A stretch of 64,000 nucleotides of DNA from Klebsiella phage KMI7. The position numbers were made by a program, and so were the translations under genes. Below, in pieces: positions 29,297-38,220 of this stretch. The stretch lies in the sequence record MN101221.1; one strand, given 5' to 3'. Every line of letters starts with the position of its first letter. Within the stretch, counting starts at the first letter, position 1. The notes beneath the pieces were generated by a model. It saw nothing but the letters and a program-made list of their open reading frames with translations. It had not been told where the DNA came from and searched no databases.

Positions 29297-29626
29297 TTAA
29301 CGAAGATAAACCACATAACCGCTTTGGTCAATCGCGCGGTCTGCGTCATTGAAGATATTACCACGAATGCCTTTTGCTGGTGCTTTCCAGCTTGCAGGTT
29401 TCAGGATATTACCATCATTATCGATGAAAGCGGCAACAGAACGCTGATTGAACATTTCACCAGTTTCTTTGTTGCGAGTATCCTGAATAACGCGATGATA
29501 TTTGCGGCCTTTCTCCAGAAAGAAAACAGTTTCGAAAGGAGAATCTTGGAAACGAGCGTTACGCGCTTTGTACATTGCTTCCATGAAAGGGGCTGCTTTT
29601 TCTGCGAGGATTTCGAAAGTGTTCAT
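29297..29626 (-). CDS. hypothetical protein (109 aa)
   Basis: ORF preceded by promoter/leader element and AGGAG RBS. Confidence 0.55.
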   Translation of the reverse strand: MNTFEILAEKAAPFMEAMYKARNARFQDSPFETVFFLEKGRKYHRVIQDTRNKETGEMFNQRSVAAFIDNDGNILKPASWKAPAKGIRGNIFNDADRAIDQSGYVVYLR

Positions 29627-29693
29627 GGTATATCTCCTAAAGTGTGTTTCGTTTCGATGTAAGTACTATATCAAAGATGGTTATTCTATGCAA
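29627..29693 (-). promoter_or_regulatory. Early promoter + conserved leader (TTGCAT-17-TATAGT-6-ATCGAAACGAAAC...CTTTAGGAG)
   Basis: Read on minus strand: ttgcatagaataaccatctttgatatagtacttacATCGAAACGAAACacaCTTTAGGAGatatacc ATG. Confidence 0.65.
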
Positions 29694-29910
29694 GGCTTTT
29701 TTCGTTATCCATCAAATATTTTAAGTGTTCTTTTAATGCAGGGAGTTCGTTCAAATGGCGTTGCTTAACTTTCTCGTACTCTTTGCGTTCCCAGTTTTCA
29801 AGATTGCTTGCCAACGCTTCATCACAATAAGCGATCCCGCGTTCTGCATCCTGAACTTTCTGTTTCCATTGTGCAACTGCTTGTTGATAAAGAGAACCGT
29901 TAACCATCAT
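29686..29910 (-). CDS. hypothetical coiled-coil protein (74 aa)
   Basis: ORF with GGGAGG RBS and leader variant ATCGAAACAAGGGAGG. Confidence 0.5.
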   Translation of the reverse strand: MMVNGSLYQQAVAQWKQKVQDAERGIAYCDEALASNLENWERKEYEKVKQRHLNELPALKEHLKYLMDNEKSLA

Positions 29911-29975
29911 AATAATTTCCTCCCTTGTTTCGATGGGGTAACTATACCAAAGCTACCCCAGAATGTTTTAACAAA
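29911..29975 (-). promoter_or_regulatory. Promoter/leader variant (TATAGT-6-ATCGAAACAAGGGAGG)
   Basis: tatagttaccccATCGAAACaagggaggaaattatt ATG on minus strand. Confidence 0.45.
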
Positions 29976-29983
29976 AAGTGCTA

Positions 29984-30247
29984 TTAGTAGGTATCCAGTT
30001 TATACATTTTGCACCAGTTCATGAATTCTTCGAAAGTCTGAGTATTAACACGTTTTTCCTTCTTCACTTTCTTAGTGATTACAGGACGGTTAGTAAAACG
30101 TTTTTGCATTTTCACAGTGATTGCTACTTTATCGCCCAGGTCTTCAACCTTTTCAACCAGCGCCCACTGAGAACCAATTTCAGCGCCGAAAGTCAAACCA
30201 ACAATCTCACCTGCTTTAACGTGTGCTGCATATTTTACTTTAACCAT
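29984..30247 (-). CDS. hypothetical protein (87 aa)
   Basis: ATG 30247 after AGAGAAAGGAA RBS and conserved leader; track ORF extended upstream to 30313. Confidence 0.55.
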   Translation of the reverse strand: MVKVKYAAHVKAGEIVGLTFGAEIGSQWALVEKVEDLGDKVAITVKMQKRFTNRPVITKKVKKEKRVNTQTFEEFMNWCKMYKLDTY

Positions 30248-30322
30248 TTTCGTATTCCTTTCTCTGTTTCGTTTCGATGAATACAAGATACCAAAAAGCC
30301 TCCCGCAATGCAAGAGGCTTCT
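30248..30322 (-). promoter_or_regulatory. Hairpin/early-promoter cassette copy 7 with leader (stem 30296-30320 containing TTGCAT; -10 TATCTT; ATCGAAACGAAAC)
   Basis: aagcctcTTGCATtgcgggaggctttttggTATCTTgtattcATCGAAACGAAACagagaaaggaa on minus strand. Confidence 0.65.
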
Positions 30323-30336
30323 TTAACAAAAAAATG

Positions 30337-30639
30337 CTATTTTATTTCTTTGAGTAATTTACGGATCCCGCCGCCCTGTGTCTTATCAAAGATTTTCTTT
30401 GCATCAATAACAGAAGTGATTATGTGGTAGTTGTTACCTTTTCCGTCAAACTCAAACTCGACCTTGTAGTCACTACGAAATTTCACAAAAACAAATTCAC
30501 CTGCAAAGTGCTTACGAAACTGTTTTTCGTTAATGTCCAACCATTCCTGTGTATCATCTAACTGATACATGCGACAAAACAGGATCGAACCCATTACAGC
30601 AATCACGACAAGGATAGCTAACGCGAATTCTGACATCAT
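30337..30639 (-). CDS. hypothetical membrane protein (100 aa)
   Basis: ORF with N-terminal TM helix. Confidence 0.5.
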   Translation of the reverse strand: MMSEFALAILVVIAVMGSILFCRMYQLDDTQEWLDINEKQFRKHFAGEFVFVKFRSDYKVEFEFDGKGNNYHIITSVIDAKKIFDKTQGGGIRKLLKEIK

Positions 30640-30860
30640 TTACCCCTGTTTACTGATTGACGGTGCAATGATTTAGGCACAACCGGATTTCGGTATGGTT
30701 TGACTTTATGGATCGTGGGTTCTTCCCCAACCAAATTAGGAAATTGGCTGTTCCATTCCATCGAAAATGGATAGGGTGATGACTTTAACTCTTCGATCAT
30801 ACAGTTTACTAAACGGTCGCCGATTACACCCAAAGCCGCCCCAATAATCGCTATACGCAT
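30636..30860 (-). CDS. hypothetical protein (74 aa)
   Basis: ORF, ATGA coupling. Confidence 0.45.
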   Translation of the reverse strand: MRIAIIGAALGVIGDRLVNCMIEELKSSPYPFSMEWNSQFPNLVGEEPTIHKVKPYRNPVVPKSLHRQSVNRGK

Positions 30861-30863
30861 AAA

Positions 30864-31046
30864 TCACCCCTTAATTGTGTCAAGTACAGTAAACCAGTCA
30901 TGAAGCCATATCGTTGTTCTTACAGCGATATACGTTAACAAACTAATCAATGATACCGCTCCGCAAATAGCCAGCGTAATCAACAGCCGGATTTCAAATT
31001 TAGTAAAATTCATATCAATCTCCTTTCTGAGAACCCAATATAACAA
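30864..31046 (-). CDS. hypothetical small membrane protein (60 aa)
   Basis: ORF downstream of cassette copy 3 with AAAGGAGA RBS. Confidence 0.45.
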   Translation of the reverse strand: MLYWVLRKEIDMNFTKFEIRLLITLAICGAVSLISLLTYIAVRTTIWLHDWFTVLDTIKG

Positions 31047-31090
31047 AAGCCCTCAACCGAAGTCAAGGGCTTTGTTTTAAATTTTTACTA
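31034..31090 (-). promoter_or_regulatory. Hairpin/early-promoter cassette copy 3 (40-nt identical to copy 1 in reverse orientation)
   Basis: revcomp of 31034-31073 = aaagcccttgacttcggttgagggcttttgttatattggg, identical to 145-184. Confidence 0.7.
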
Positions 31091-31358
31091 GTTTTGGCAA
31101 TCGAATAACTATACCAGGATGGATCAGACGTGCATCCGGAATAGAATCACGGTTGATTTTAGCGATATCAGGCCAAAGTTCACCAACACCATACAGTTTC
31201 TTTGCTATAGAATATAGGCTATCGCCTGGTTGCACGACATAGCGATCAGATTCAATCTTAACCAGATCCTGGTTAATGATATCATCAAAGGCTTTTGCTT
31301 TCGCTTCGTTAATCGTGTTCCCGTAGTAATGGCGATCCATAATAGTTAATGTGATCAT
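31077..31358 (-). CDS. LysM domain protein (93 aa)
   Basis: QPGDSLYSIAKKLYGVGELWPDIAKINRDSIPDARLIHPGIVIRLP = LysM consensus. Confidence 0.7.
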   Translation of the reverse strand: MITLTIMDRHYYGNTINEAKAKAFDDIINQDLVKIESDRYVVQPGDSLYSIAKKLYGVGELWPDIAKINRDSIPDARLIHPGIVIRLPKLVKI

Positions 31359-32026
31359 CGTTTCTTTCCTATGCTGTTTTCGTCTGTCTCTTCTAAGGAT
31401 GGAGGTTCTTCCAGCCCCAGGGCATAACGTTTAGCATAGATTAGCATCAACGCATCTTTAGCGCAATCATGAATTGAATCATGCTGAATGAATCCATCTA
31501 ACATGCCTTTACGCAGTGGACACGTGGTCACTCCGCGAGTCAGTAAACGGTTTTCAATAGCTGTACGCACATCACGACTATTCCAGAACACGGTCGGCAT
31601 ATCTTCAAACGTGTCAAGTTTCCCTGTCATAGTTCGTACAACATCGGTTAGCATAGAACGATCGAATTCAGGGCCGCGCGTATAATCGTATGACTGCCAA
31701 CGACTCACACCGTCAGCCGCTAAATCAGCAAAGAATTGTCGATGACCTTCGTACAAATCCATGTCAATATCAGAAGGGAACAAAACCCTTTGCGCTTCTT
31801 TAGATTGCTGTTTCCACCATTCGATCGTTTTTTCATCTTTGATGCGTTCTGGTTGTTTCCGGATGTCGAATTTATACTTTCTTCCTTTAGCAATCAGTTC
31901 CTGAAAGGTAGGCGGATCATAAGGATCATCAACAAACGGAACATAGCTAAGTTCAGCTAATTTTCCTTTTGGAAACGGGCCAATACTTTCATAATCAAAT
32001 ACGAAATCTACGGGTAAATGACTCAT
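31355..32026 (-). CDS. dexA: Exonuclease A DexA (DEDD 3'-5' exonuclease)
   Basis: C-terminus CPLRKGMLDGFIQHDSIHDCAKDALMLIYAKRYALGLEEPPSLEE aligns with T4 DexA; N-terminal FDYES motif. Confidence 0.9.
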   Translation of the reverse strand: MSHLPVDFVFDYESIGPFPKGKLAELSYVPFVDDPYDPPTFQELIAKGRKYKFDIRKQPERIKDEKTIEWWKQQSKEAQRVLFPSDIDMDLYEGHRQFFADLAADGVSRWQSYDYTRGPEFDRSMLTDVVRTMTGKLDTFEDMPTVFWNSRDVRTAIENRLLTRGVTTCPLRKGMLDGFIQHDSIHDCAKDALMLIYAKRYALGLEEPPSLEETDENSIGKKR

Positions 32027-32307
32027 TCGCGACCCCGCTTATATGATTCCATGAAATAGGCCAATGATAGCGCAACTTCCGGAGTAACATCAACAGATTC
32101 GATCATGCCTGGAGTTACCGCCATCATCCCGAACTGACGAAGCCCACAACGAGCAATCGATTTTTCCAGTCGGATCATGTTTTCTACAGCCTCTGCAAAA
32201 TTGTCCAGATGTTCCCAATCATGGTAATCTTCCATTGTCGAACGATCACTTTTCAAAATCAGATCGGCAACCAATTCAGCATAAAGGCGAGGAAGGTGAA
32301 TATTCAT
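32023..32307 (-). CDS. hypothetical protein (94 aa)
   Basis: ORF, ATGA coupling. Confidence 0.5.
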   Translation of the reverse strand: MNIHLPRLYAELVADLILKSDRSTMEDYHDWEHLDNFAEAVENMIRLEKSIARCGLRQFGMMAVTPGMIESVDVTPEVALSLAYFMESYKRGRE

Positions 32308-32616
32308 TTAAAACCCCTCAAGCATGTTTTTGTTTTCACGAATGTTACGACCCATTTTCAAGGTATCAATGATCACTGCATACTCTTCAAAAGTGAATTC
32401 GATATCTTGTGAAATGTTTCCCCACGTGTAGGTCGGCCCGTTAGGACAGTATAACCCAACTTCTTTGTTTGCGTTGTCAACGCAGCGCAATTTTGCAAAC
32501 AACAAATTGATATCGATAGAATTGAACCCTTCGAGATAATCAAGCCCCTCTCTACCAATACGGTCAACTTCTCGCAAAATCTTTTCTACATCTTTGACTT
32601 TAACAATAATTTTCAT
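32308..32616 (-). CDS. hypothetical protein (102 aa)
   Basis: ORF. Confidence 0.5.
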   Translation of the reverse strand: MKIIVKVKDVEKILREVDRIGREGLDYLEGFNSIDINLLFAKLRCVDNANKEVGLYCPNGPTYTWGNISQDIEFTFEEYAVIIDTLKMGRNIRENKNMLEGF

Positions 32617-32640
32617 AATAACCTCAAAGGGCCGAAGCCC

Positions 32641-33969
32641 TTAGACATAATCAACAGTGAATCGTGCGCGGGTAGTTCCTACATAAAGCAACTGCTTACA
32701 CAATTCATAATCGGCGTATGCGTATGCATCGCGCGTATACATGTATGAATGATCATACGTGCTTCCCTGACCTTTGTGATACGTACAAACCGGAAGCGCC
32801 TTAACCGTCTGGAACTTGTTTTTGATTTGCCAGAACGAATACCAGGGGGCTTTGTATCCGGTTTCCTGTTTCATCTTTTTATACTGAAACGCGACGTAGT
32901 TCAAATAATCGCCTAAACGTTCCTGCATAACCGGATCCGCGATAACCTGAATATCCGCTTTCGTATCCTCGAACATCGATTCTGTTTTCATCAAGAAATA
33001 ATCGATTTGAACCGGATCGCATCGGTCAGCTTTGATAGTATCAGAACGCGGTATGATTTCAAGGATTTTAATTTGCTCGTTGTTGTTATAGATAACTTCA
33101 ACAAACGAAACCCCATTCACACGGCCTTCCGTCACTAACGGTTCTTGCATCACAACTACTTCACCAACAATGAACGGCTGATCAGTTTTGTACAAGTGTT
33201 TGCGGATCACTGCGTTTAACTTGTCTACGTTTGCGTTAGTGTAAGCAAACATACGGTTATTATTCAGGTCATCCGGAGTCTTAACACGGCTAAAATAACG
33301 TCTCAGGAAGTCACCAGCGTTTTCGTGCTTCATTACCCCTAGTTCACCATTCATGAGGGGCATTAACGGCTTACCGTCGCGTATAGCGCGTGATACCTGG
33401 ATGATTGGGTTTCCTTCTGCCTGACGCATAATCTTATCCATGCGAATGACATCAAAAATTTCCTCATCAAAGAACGGTGAAAGCTCGGTGATCCCTTCGG
33501 TATTAACAGGACGGATCTGATCCTTATCACCCAATCCCAGGATCACCGCACAACTCGGAATAGTACGCTTGATGATACGGAATAGTTCTTTGTCAACCAT
33601 CGATACTTCTTCAACCACAAACACACGACATTCAGACAGATCAGCGGCTTTTTTGCCTTTTTGCTGTTCAAATACTCGTAACTCTTCGTTGGTTACGGGG
33701 CTGATTTTCAGTGCTGAGTGAATGGTCGTTGCATCCATACCCACCGCCTCAGAGAGAACGTTTTTAGCCTGGTGCGTCGGTGCTGTCAACCAGATCCCAC
33801 TAATACCCAGTTTTTTCAATGTTTCAAACACAAATTTTACCAGAGTAGTTTTACCAACACCCGGCCCACCTGTGATAGTAGTATGGATTTTGTTTCTGAT
33901 ATTTTTAATCACTCGATCATGTGCATTTTTCTGGTCTTCGCTCAGATCGTCAAAAGTTAATTCGCTCAT
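32641..33969 (-). CDS. dda: DNA helicase Dda (SF1B)
   Basis: MSELTFDDLSEDQKNAHDRV..GGPGVGKTT.. aligns with T4 Dda (MTFDDLTEGQKNAFNIV..GPAGTGKTT), C-terminal LLYVGTTRARFTVDYV. Confidence 0.92.
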   Translation of the reverse strand: MSELTFDDLSEDQKNAHDRVIKNIRNKIHTTITGGPGVGKTTLVKFVFETLKKLGISGIWLTAPTHQAKNVLSEAVGMDATTIHSALKISPVTNEELRVFEQQKGKKAADLSECRVFVVEEVSMVDKELFRIIKRTIPSCAVILGLGDKDQIRPVNTEGITELSPFFDEEIFDVIRMDKIMRQAEGNPIIQVSRAIRDGKPLMPLMNGELGVMKHENAGDFLRRYFSRVKTPDDLNNNRMFAYTNANVDKLNAVIRKHLYKTDQPFIVGEVVVMQEPLVTEGRVNGVSFVEVIYNNNEQIKILEIIPRSDTIKADRCDPVQIDYFLMKTESMFEDTKADIQVIADPVMQERLGDYLNYVAFQYKKMKQETGYKAPWYSFWQIKNKFQTVKALPVCTYHKGQGSTYDHSYMYTRDAYAYADYELCKQLLYVGTTRARFTVDYV

Positions 33970-34256
33970 ACTTTAATCAATACCCCTTGAATACTTGCGT
34001 GTTCAATAAACCAACGCATATCTTTCTTTTTCTTTTCGGTTACGGTTTCAACTTCTTCCTTTCGAAAGAATCGGCTAAGACCACTTTGTTTAACTGGATT
34101 CATCTTATCATGATATTCTTTGATAATCGAATTTTTATACTCGTTAGCATCGTCCGGAGATAGAAACAACAAAGGTGTTAACTCTCCTTCCTTAATGAAG
34201 GGAATTTTAAACCCGTCTTTATCCTTACTAACGACGATATAATATTTTGTAATCAT
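33966..34256 (-). CDS. hypothetical protein (96 aa)
   Basis: ORF, ATGA coupling. Confidence 0.5.
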   Translation of the reverse strand: MITKYYIVVSKDKDGFKIPFIKEGELTPLLFLSPDDANEYKNSIIKEYHDKMNPVKQSGLSRFFRKEEVETVTEKKKKDMRWFIEHASIQGVLIKV

Positions 34257-34438
34257 TCTCGCCCCTCATAACAAACGTAGAATATTCCAACAAACCAAAA
34301 CACTGATAGTATAATCAGTAAAAGTTTTCTTTCAACGCCATTTACGTGAAACACACACCAACCGAAAAGATATGTGATCATCGCGCAAACACCATAAGAA
34401 AGAACCCCAACAGCTACTAGCGCGATGATCGGATCCAT
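34253..34438 (-). CDS. hypothetical small membrane protein (61 aa)
   Basis: ORF with two TM segments. Confidence 0.45.
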   Translation of the reverse strand: MDPIIALVAVGVLSYGVCAMITYLFGWCVFHVNGVERKLLLIILSVFWFVGIFYVCYEGRE

Positions 34439-34971
34439 TAGTAGTTGTTAGCCCAACGGCGGAGGTTTTCGGCTTGTTTCAGTGCATACAGTTTGTAGAT
34501 AGTTTCCGCATCCATACCCAGCGCCAGGAATTTGCACATAAAGAAATGCCACTGATCGATAAGTTCAAACAGAACTTCTAAACGATCCTCTTCACTCAGA
34601 TCCGCAAATTTAGTATTGCGCAATTCCTGGTGATTTGCTTTCCACGGTTTCCAAACACCGGATGCAGGTTTAACACCGCGAGACATTCCACCCAGAGCGG
34701 TATACAATTCGCGGGTTTCGTCGGCGATCGCGTCATCTTGCAGTTTCAGCCAATCAAGGATTTCTCCGCAAGTTTCCAGATTATCTGGACGCGGAACCCA
34801 ATGCAGCGTATCAGACAGGCTTTGTTGTGCATGGTTTTGTAAATCCAGCATGGATTGTAAAGGATCACCATTACGGGCCAGAATCTTTTGATATTCGGAA
34901 TCTACAAATTCCAGATCTTCCGGGTTAACCAGGTGCGCACATGAATTAAATACAGGAGTTTTATCAGTCAT
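34438..34971 (-). CDS. 56: dCTP pyrophosphatase gp56
   Basis: Aligns with T4 gp56 throughout (CAHLV..DLQNHAQQ..MSRG..ASGVWKPWKANH..LFELIDQWHFFMCKFLALGMDAETIYKLYALK). Confidence 0.9.
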   Translation of the reverse strand: MTDKTPVFNSCAHLVNPEDLEFVDSEYQKILARNGDPLQSMLDLQNHAQQSLSDTLHWVPRPDNLETCGEILDWLKLQDDAIADETRELYTALGGMSRGVKPASGVWKPWKANHQELRNTKFADLSEEDRLEVLFELIDQWHFFMCKFLALGMDAETIYKLYALKQAENLRRWANNY

Positions 34972-34978
34972 ATCAATC

Positions 34979-36004
34979 TCATTTTTTCGGTGATTTGTCC
35001 CACGACTTAAATCGAAGTTTTGCCGTGAGTCCAGAAACAGTATTATCTTTCAAATACTGCATAATTTCAAGTTTAGTTGCGCCGTCCGTTTTTATCATTT
35101 CGTTGATATCTTTGGAAGGCCACGGGCATTTGTCCCACATTACAACCTTTTCTCCAGCCTCAATCAATTTAAAGAGGCGGTGAGTAGTATCCGGATGACG
35201 TGCTTCATTGTCAAGAACCCAGACACGCATATTTTTATACGGAACCTCAGAAAGCGCAAGCTGTCCACCAGTGATAGCGCCAGCATTATCAACAAACAGG
35301 CTATCTAATGGCCCCTCAAGAAGATAAACCGTTTTTAGCGGATCTATCGTATCCTGTCCGTAAATCTTAGTTGATTCCTCACAGGCTTTGATTGTGATAT
35401 ATTTCGACTTAGCACCATCACGTAAAGCACGGCCCTGGAAAGATTCTATTTTACCTTTCTTATCGAAGATAGGGATCACTAATCTCGGTTCTGGTTTTGC
35501 GATCGGATAGGTATCCGGATTCACAGTATTAACCAGTTGTTGCCATTCGCGAGTAAACCACAACCGATCCCACTTGTCACGGGGAATACAACGATTTTGC
35601 ACATATTTTATGATCGGATGTTCATCCGGCAAGGTATCTAACCTTTCGCAGAATTGAAGAGTAGGAATAAATTTCTTCTCTTCCTTCGGTTGTTCTGTAT
35701 GTGTTGGCTTTAACGAATTGCGATCCTTAAACGATTCCATGAGATAATCACGGTAATCGTCTGGATAATATTCTTTCAGGAATACGCTAAACGGTACACC
35801 ATAACCACAGTTAAAACAACCACAATTCATATGATCGCCCTTTTTAGAAGGGTAGATCCAAAATCGTTTTTTGTACTTGTCTTTCATTGAGTCGCCGCAA
35901 ATAGGGCAACGCGCATTGATGCTTAATGCCCCTGATTTACGAACGATTTCGCTTTGAGGCAATGATCCCATGATTCGGGTTGCAAATTCTATATCAAGAT
36001 ACAT
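34979..36004 (-). CDS. 61: DNA primase gp61
   Basis: CPICGDS zinc finger, HPIIKYV, PRLVIPIFDKKGKIESFQGRAL, VYLLEGPLDSLF, VWVLDNEARHPDT align with T4 gp61. Confidence 0.92.
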   Translation of the reverse strand: MYLDIEFATRIMGSLPQSEIVRKSGALSINARCPICGDSMKDKYKKRFWIYPSKKGDHMNCGCFNCGYGVPFSVFLKEYYPDDYRDYLMESFKDRNSLKPTHTEQPKEEKKFIPTLQFCERLDTLPDEHPIIKYVQNRCIPRDKWDRLWFTREWQQLVNTVNPDTYPIAKPEPRLVIPIFDKKGKIESFQGRALRDGAKSKYITIKACEESTKIYGQDTIDPLKTVYLLEGPLDSLFVDNAGAITGGQLALSEVPYKNMRVWVLDNEARHPDTTHRLFKLIEAGEKVVMWDKCPWPSKDINEMIKTDGATKLEIMQYLKDNTVSGLTAKLRFKSWDKSPKK

Positions 36005-36007
36005 TTC

Positions 36008-36268
36008 TTACCTCAGTTGACTATCTTTCGATCCTCGTCGATTATACCCGGCGCTGATCATTTCGTCATGTTCTTTTTGGCATTCAATACAATAACGGCA
36101 ACCCTTCACGATAGCCCTACGCTTTTCGGGTATCGGATCCCCACAATCAAAACAATGCGTTAATGATTCTCCGTTTCTGATTTGAGAACGTGCAAAATCT
36201 ATCGCATTGTCTATTGTTGTCTGGATGGTATCTTGAACACCGTCAGCAGGGCCAAATCCAACCGCCAT
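36008..36268 (-). CDS. DksA/TraR-type C4 zinc-finger protein (86 aa)
   Basis: CFDCGDPIPEKRRAIVKGCRYCIECQ C4 zinc finger. Confidence 0.6.
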   Translation of the reverse strand: MAVGFGPADGVQDTIQTTIDNAIDFARSQIRNGESLTHCFDCGDPIPEKRRAIVKGCRYCIECQKEHDEMISAGYNRRGSKDSQLR

Positions 36269-36323
36269 TGTAAATCCTCCTAATCAAATGATTTGAATAT
36301 CATAGACTAAGAGGATTTTTCTG

Positions 36324-36821
36324 TCAACTGGTTAATTTCTTTTTCTTTTTACCTGCACGGGTAACACCTAATACTTTCGGCCCGATGTTGGTTACTGCTC
36401 CAGTAGTCACACCAGAAGCAATCTTTTCCGGATCGCCGCCAGAATCGCCAGCGACCATATCCTCTAACATACGCCCCTTATCATAATATTCTTTGAGGCG
36501 TGGAACGTTCAGCATGATTTCTTCATGCTCTTGTTCCGTCAGATTGTAGCGATTGCGTAAGGTATCATATGAACTGGTTAAGTTCATAAATCCAGTCATA
36601 TACGGAACAGAATTCATTCGACGCTTGATATGGCGTACTGAACGATGAAAAGGAGAATACGCTTCTAACTCTTCTTTTGTTTTGGGGTTGCGAATTACTT
36701 CGCCTTGTCCATCAAGGATCCCCAGCTTGTAAGCAGTCCATTCAGTCCAGGGCTTTTTGAGTAGCCGGATCATCCGGACGCTATATGTTAAATCCATATT
36801 TTTAACTAATTGATCACTCAT
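36324..36821 (-). CDS. hypothetical protein (165 aa)
   Basis: ORF. Confidence 0.5.
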   Translation of the reverse strand: MSDQLVKNMDLTYSVRMIRLLKKPWTEWTAYKLGILDGQGEVIRNPKTKEELEAYSPFHRSVRHIKRRMNSVPYMTGFMNLTSSYDTLRNRYNLTEQEHEEIMLNVPRLKEYYDKGRMLEDMVAGDSGGDPEKIASGVTTGAVTNIGPKVLGVTRAGKKKKKLTS

Positions 36822-36826
36822 GATTA

Positions 36827-37603
36827 TTACTCTATTGTGAAAGTGAATAAATCAGATTTGGTTTCAGGTTCAAACTCCATACAAACAACCTCGCATAGTG
36901 GTTTAACCCCTTTCCAATCCTCCAGGTAATACCCAGTATCTATACCGCATCCAGGATTCATAACAAGGCCAGTTTCATCAAGAAACTTTTTGCATTTACT
37001 TGATGTGGTGCTGTCATCTTGTCGGAAACAATGTGTTTTCGAATACCGGAAATTTGCAGACATTTGAGGGATTATGAAAGTTCCCTGACGCGCGATCTGT
37101 GATGCACGTTCGATTACTTTATACTCAAATTCTGCCCCTGTATACTTACCCTTAAAATCAGAGGTTTTGATTTTACCAAAAGGCGGATTACTGATCGCCA
37201 TATCAAACACCTGATTAAATTCAGTTGTTAAGGCGTCTCCATGCACCCAGGAGGCTTCTGGTACGATACGCTTACCTAACTCATAGTATGTGTGATTTAA
37301 CTCAACACAGACGATTTCACGCGGCGTATTGTACATCATGTAATGAACCATAGCGAAAGATAATCCACCGATACCAGCACACAGGTCAATAACGCTTCCA
37401 CCTGTGCAAGCATCGATTGTGAAATCGCGAGCAAGTCCAATAGGGGTAAAGAACGCCCCTAATTCAGAGTTGTTTGTAAACGCGCCTTCATGAAAGTTTT
37501 CGATAATGAACAACTTCTCTTCGTAAGTTAGCGCTTTGTCAGAGTGAACCAGATCCATTATCTGATTGTGTTTCTTGGTTTCCGCTTTCGTTAACTTTGC
37601 CAT
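36827..37603 (-). CDS. gamma-class N6-adenine DNA methyltransferase (orphan)
   Basis: Motif X FFTPIGLA, motif I VIDLCAGIGG, motif IV ISNPPFG in gamma order; start at MAKL (37603) inferred because track N-terminal extension is out-of-frame overlap with 37539..37925. Confidence 0.75.
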   Translation of the reverse strand: MAKLTKAETKKHNQIMDLVHSDKALTYEEKLFIIENFHEGAFTNNSELGAFFTPIGLARDFTIDACTGGSVIDLCAGIGGLSFAMVHYMMYNTPREIVCVELNHTYYELGKRIVPEASWVHGDALTTEFNQVFDMAISNPPFGKIKTSDFKGKYTGAEFEYKVIERASQIARQGTFIIPQMSANFRYSKTHCFRQDDSTTSSKCKKFLDETGLVMNPGCGIDTGYYLEDWKGVKPLCEVVCMEFEPETKSDLFTFTIE

Positions 37604-37925
37604 TGTCCCAGCTATACAATAATGTTGATTCATTCGGATAGAATTCCCATCCGTCCACGTATCCGGTTTCCCAGTCAGTAGTTTGTTCAAAACCACAGAT
37701 CCATTCATACACACCCGGAGGCATTTCGATAGAATCAGGAAGCCCGATATCTTCCGCGCTGCGTCCACATTCAAAGAATGCATCGTGAATGAATGGTCGA
37801 GATAATACCGTAACATAACCTTCATCGTCAACAGCTACGATCCAGCGCGAACTGTGAGGACTATCGAACTTCGGTTCTTCGTCCATATCCGCTTTTATTT
37901 CAGCCTTACAAAAATCAATATTCAT
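37539..37925 (-). CDS. hypothetical acidic protein (128 aa)
   Basis: ORF; 3' end overlaps methyltransferase start. Confidence 0.5.
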   Translation of the reverse strand: MNIDFCKAEIKADMDEEPKFDSPHSSRWIVAVDDEGYVTVLSRPFIHDAFFECGRSAEDIGLPDSIEMPPGVYEWICGFEQTTDWETGYVDGWEFYPNESTLLYSWDNGKVNESGNQETQSDNGSGSL

Positions 37926-38209
37926 TTCAAACCCTCTTTAACACCCTCTTTCATGGCTTTCCAGGTAGAACCCGCTTCACCATTCAGGGCGGCGAATACA
38001 AATAGTAAGATAGCAAGGACAAGATTCACGCCAGCAATCACCATGATTTTGCTATACACGAAAATGTAAGGCATTGCCACCACCCACCAACTAAAAGAAT
38101 TACCAGTTACGATGTTGAGTGCTGCAAGTAAGAAAGTGATAACGAATGCGATTTTCATAATGTCCTCCTTTGTTATGATTAAGGTATCATCTTTTGTGAA
38201 AGAATGCAA
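37922..38209 (-). CDS. hypothetical membrane protein (95 aa)
   Basis: ORF, three hydrophobic helices. Confidence 0.5.
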   Translation of the reverse strand: MHSFTKDDTLIITKEDIMKIAFVITFLLAALNIVTGNSFSWWVVAMPYIFVYSKIMVIAGVNLVLAILLFVFAALNGEAGSTWKAMKEGVKEGLK

Positions 38210-38220
38210 TACCTACAGAT

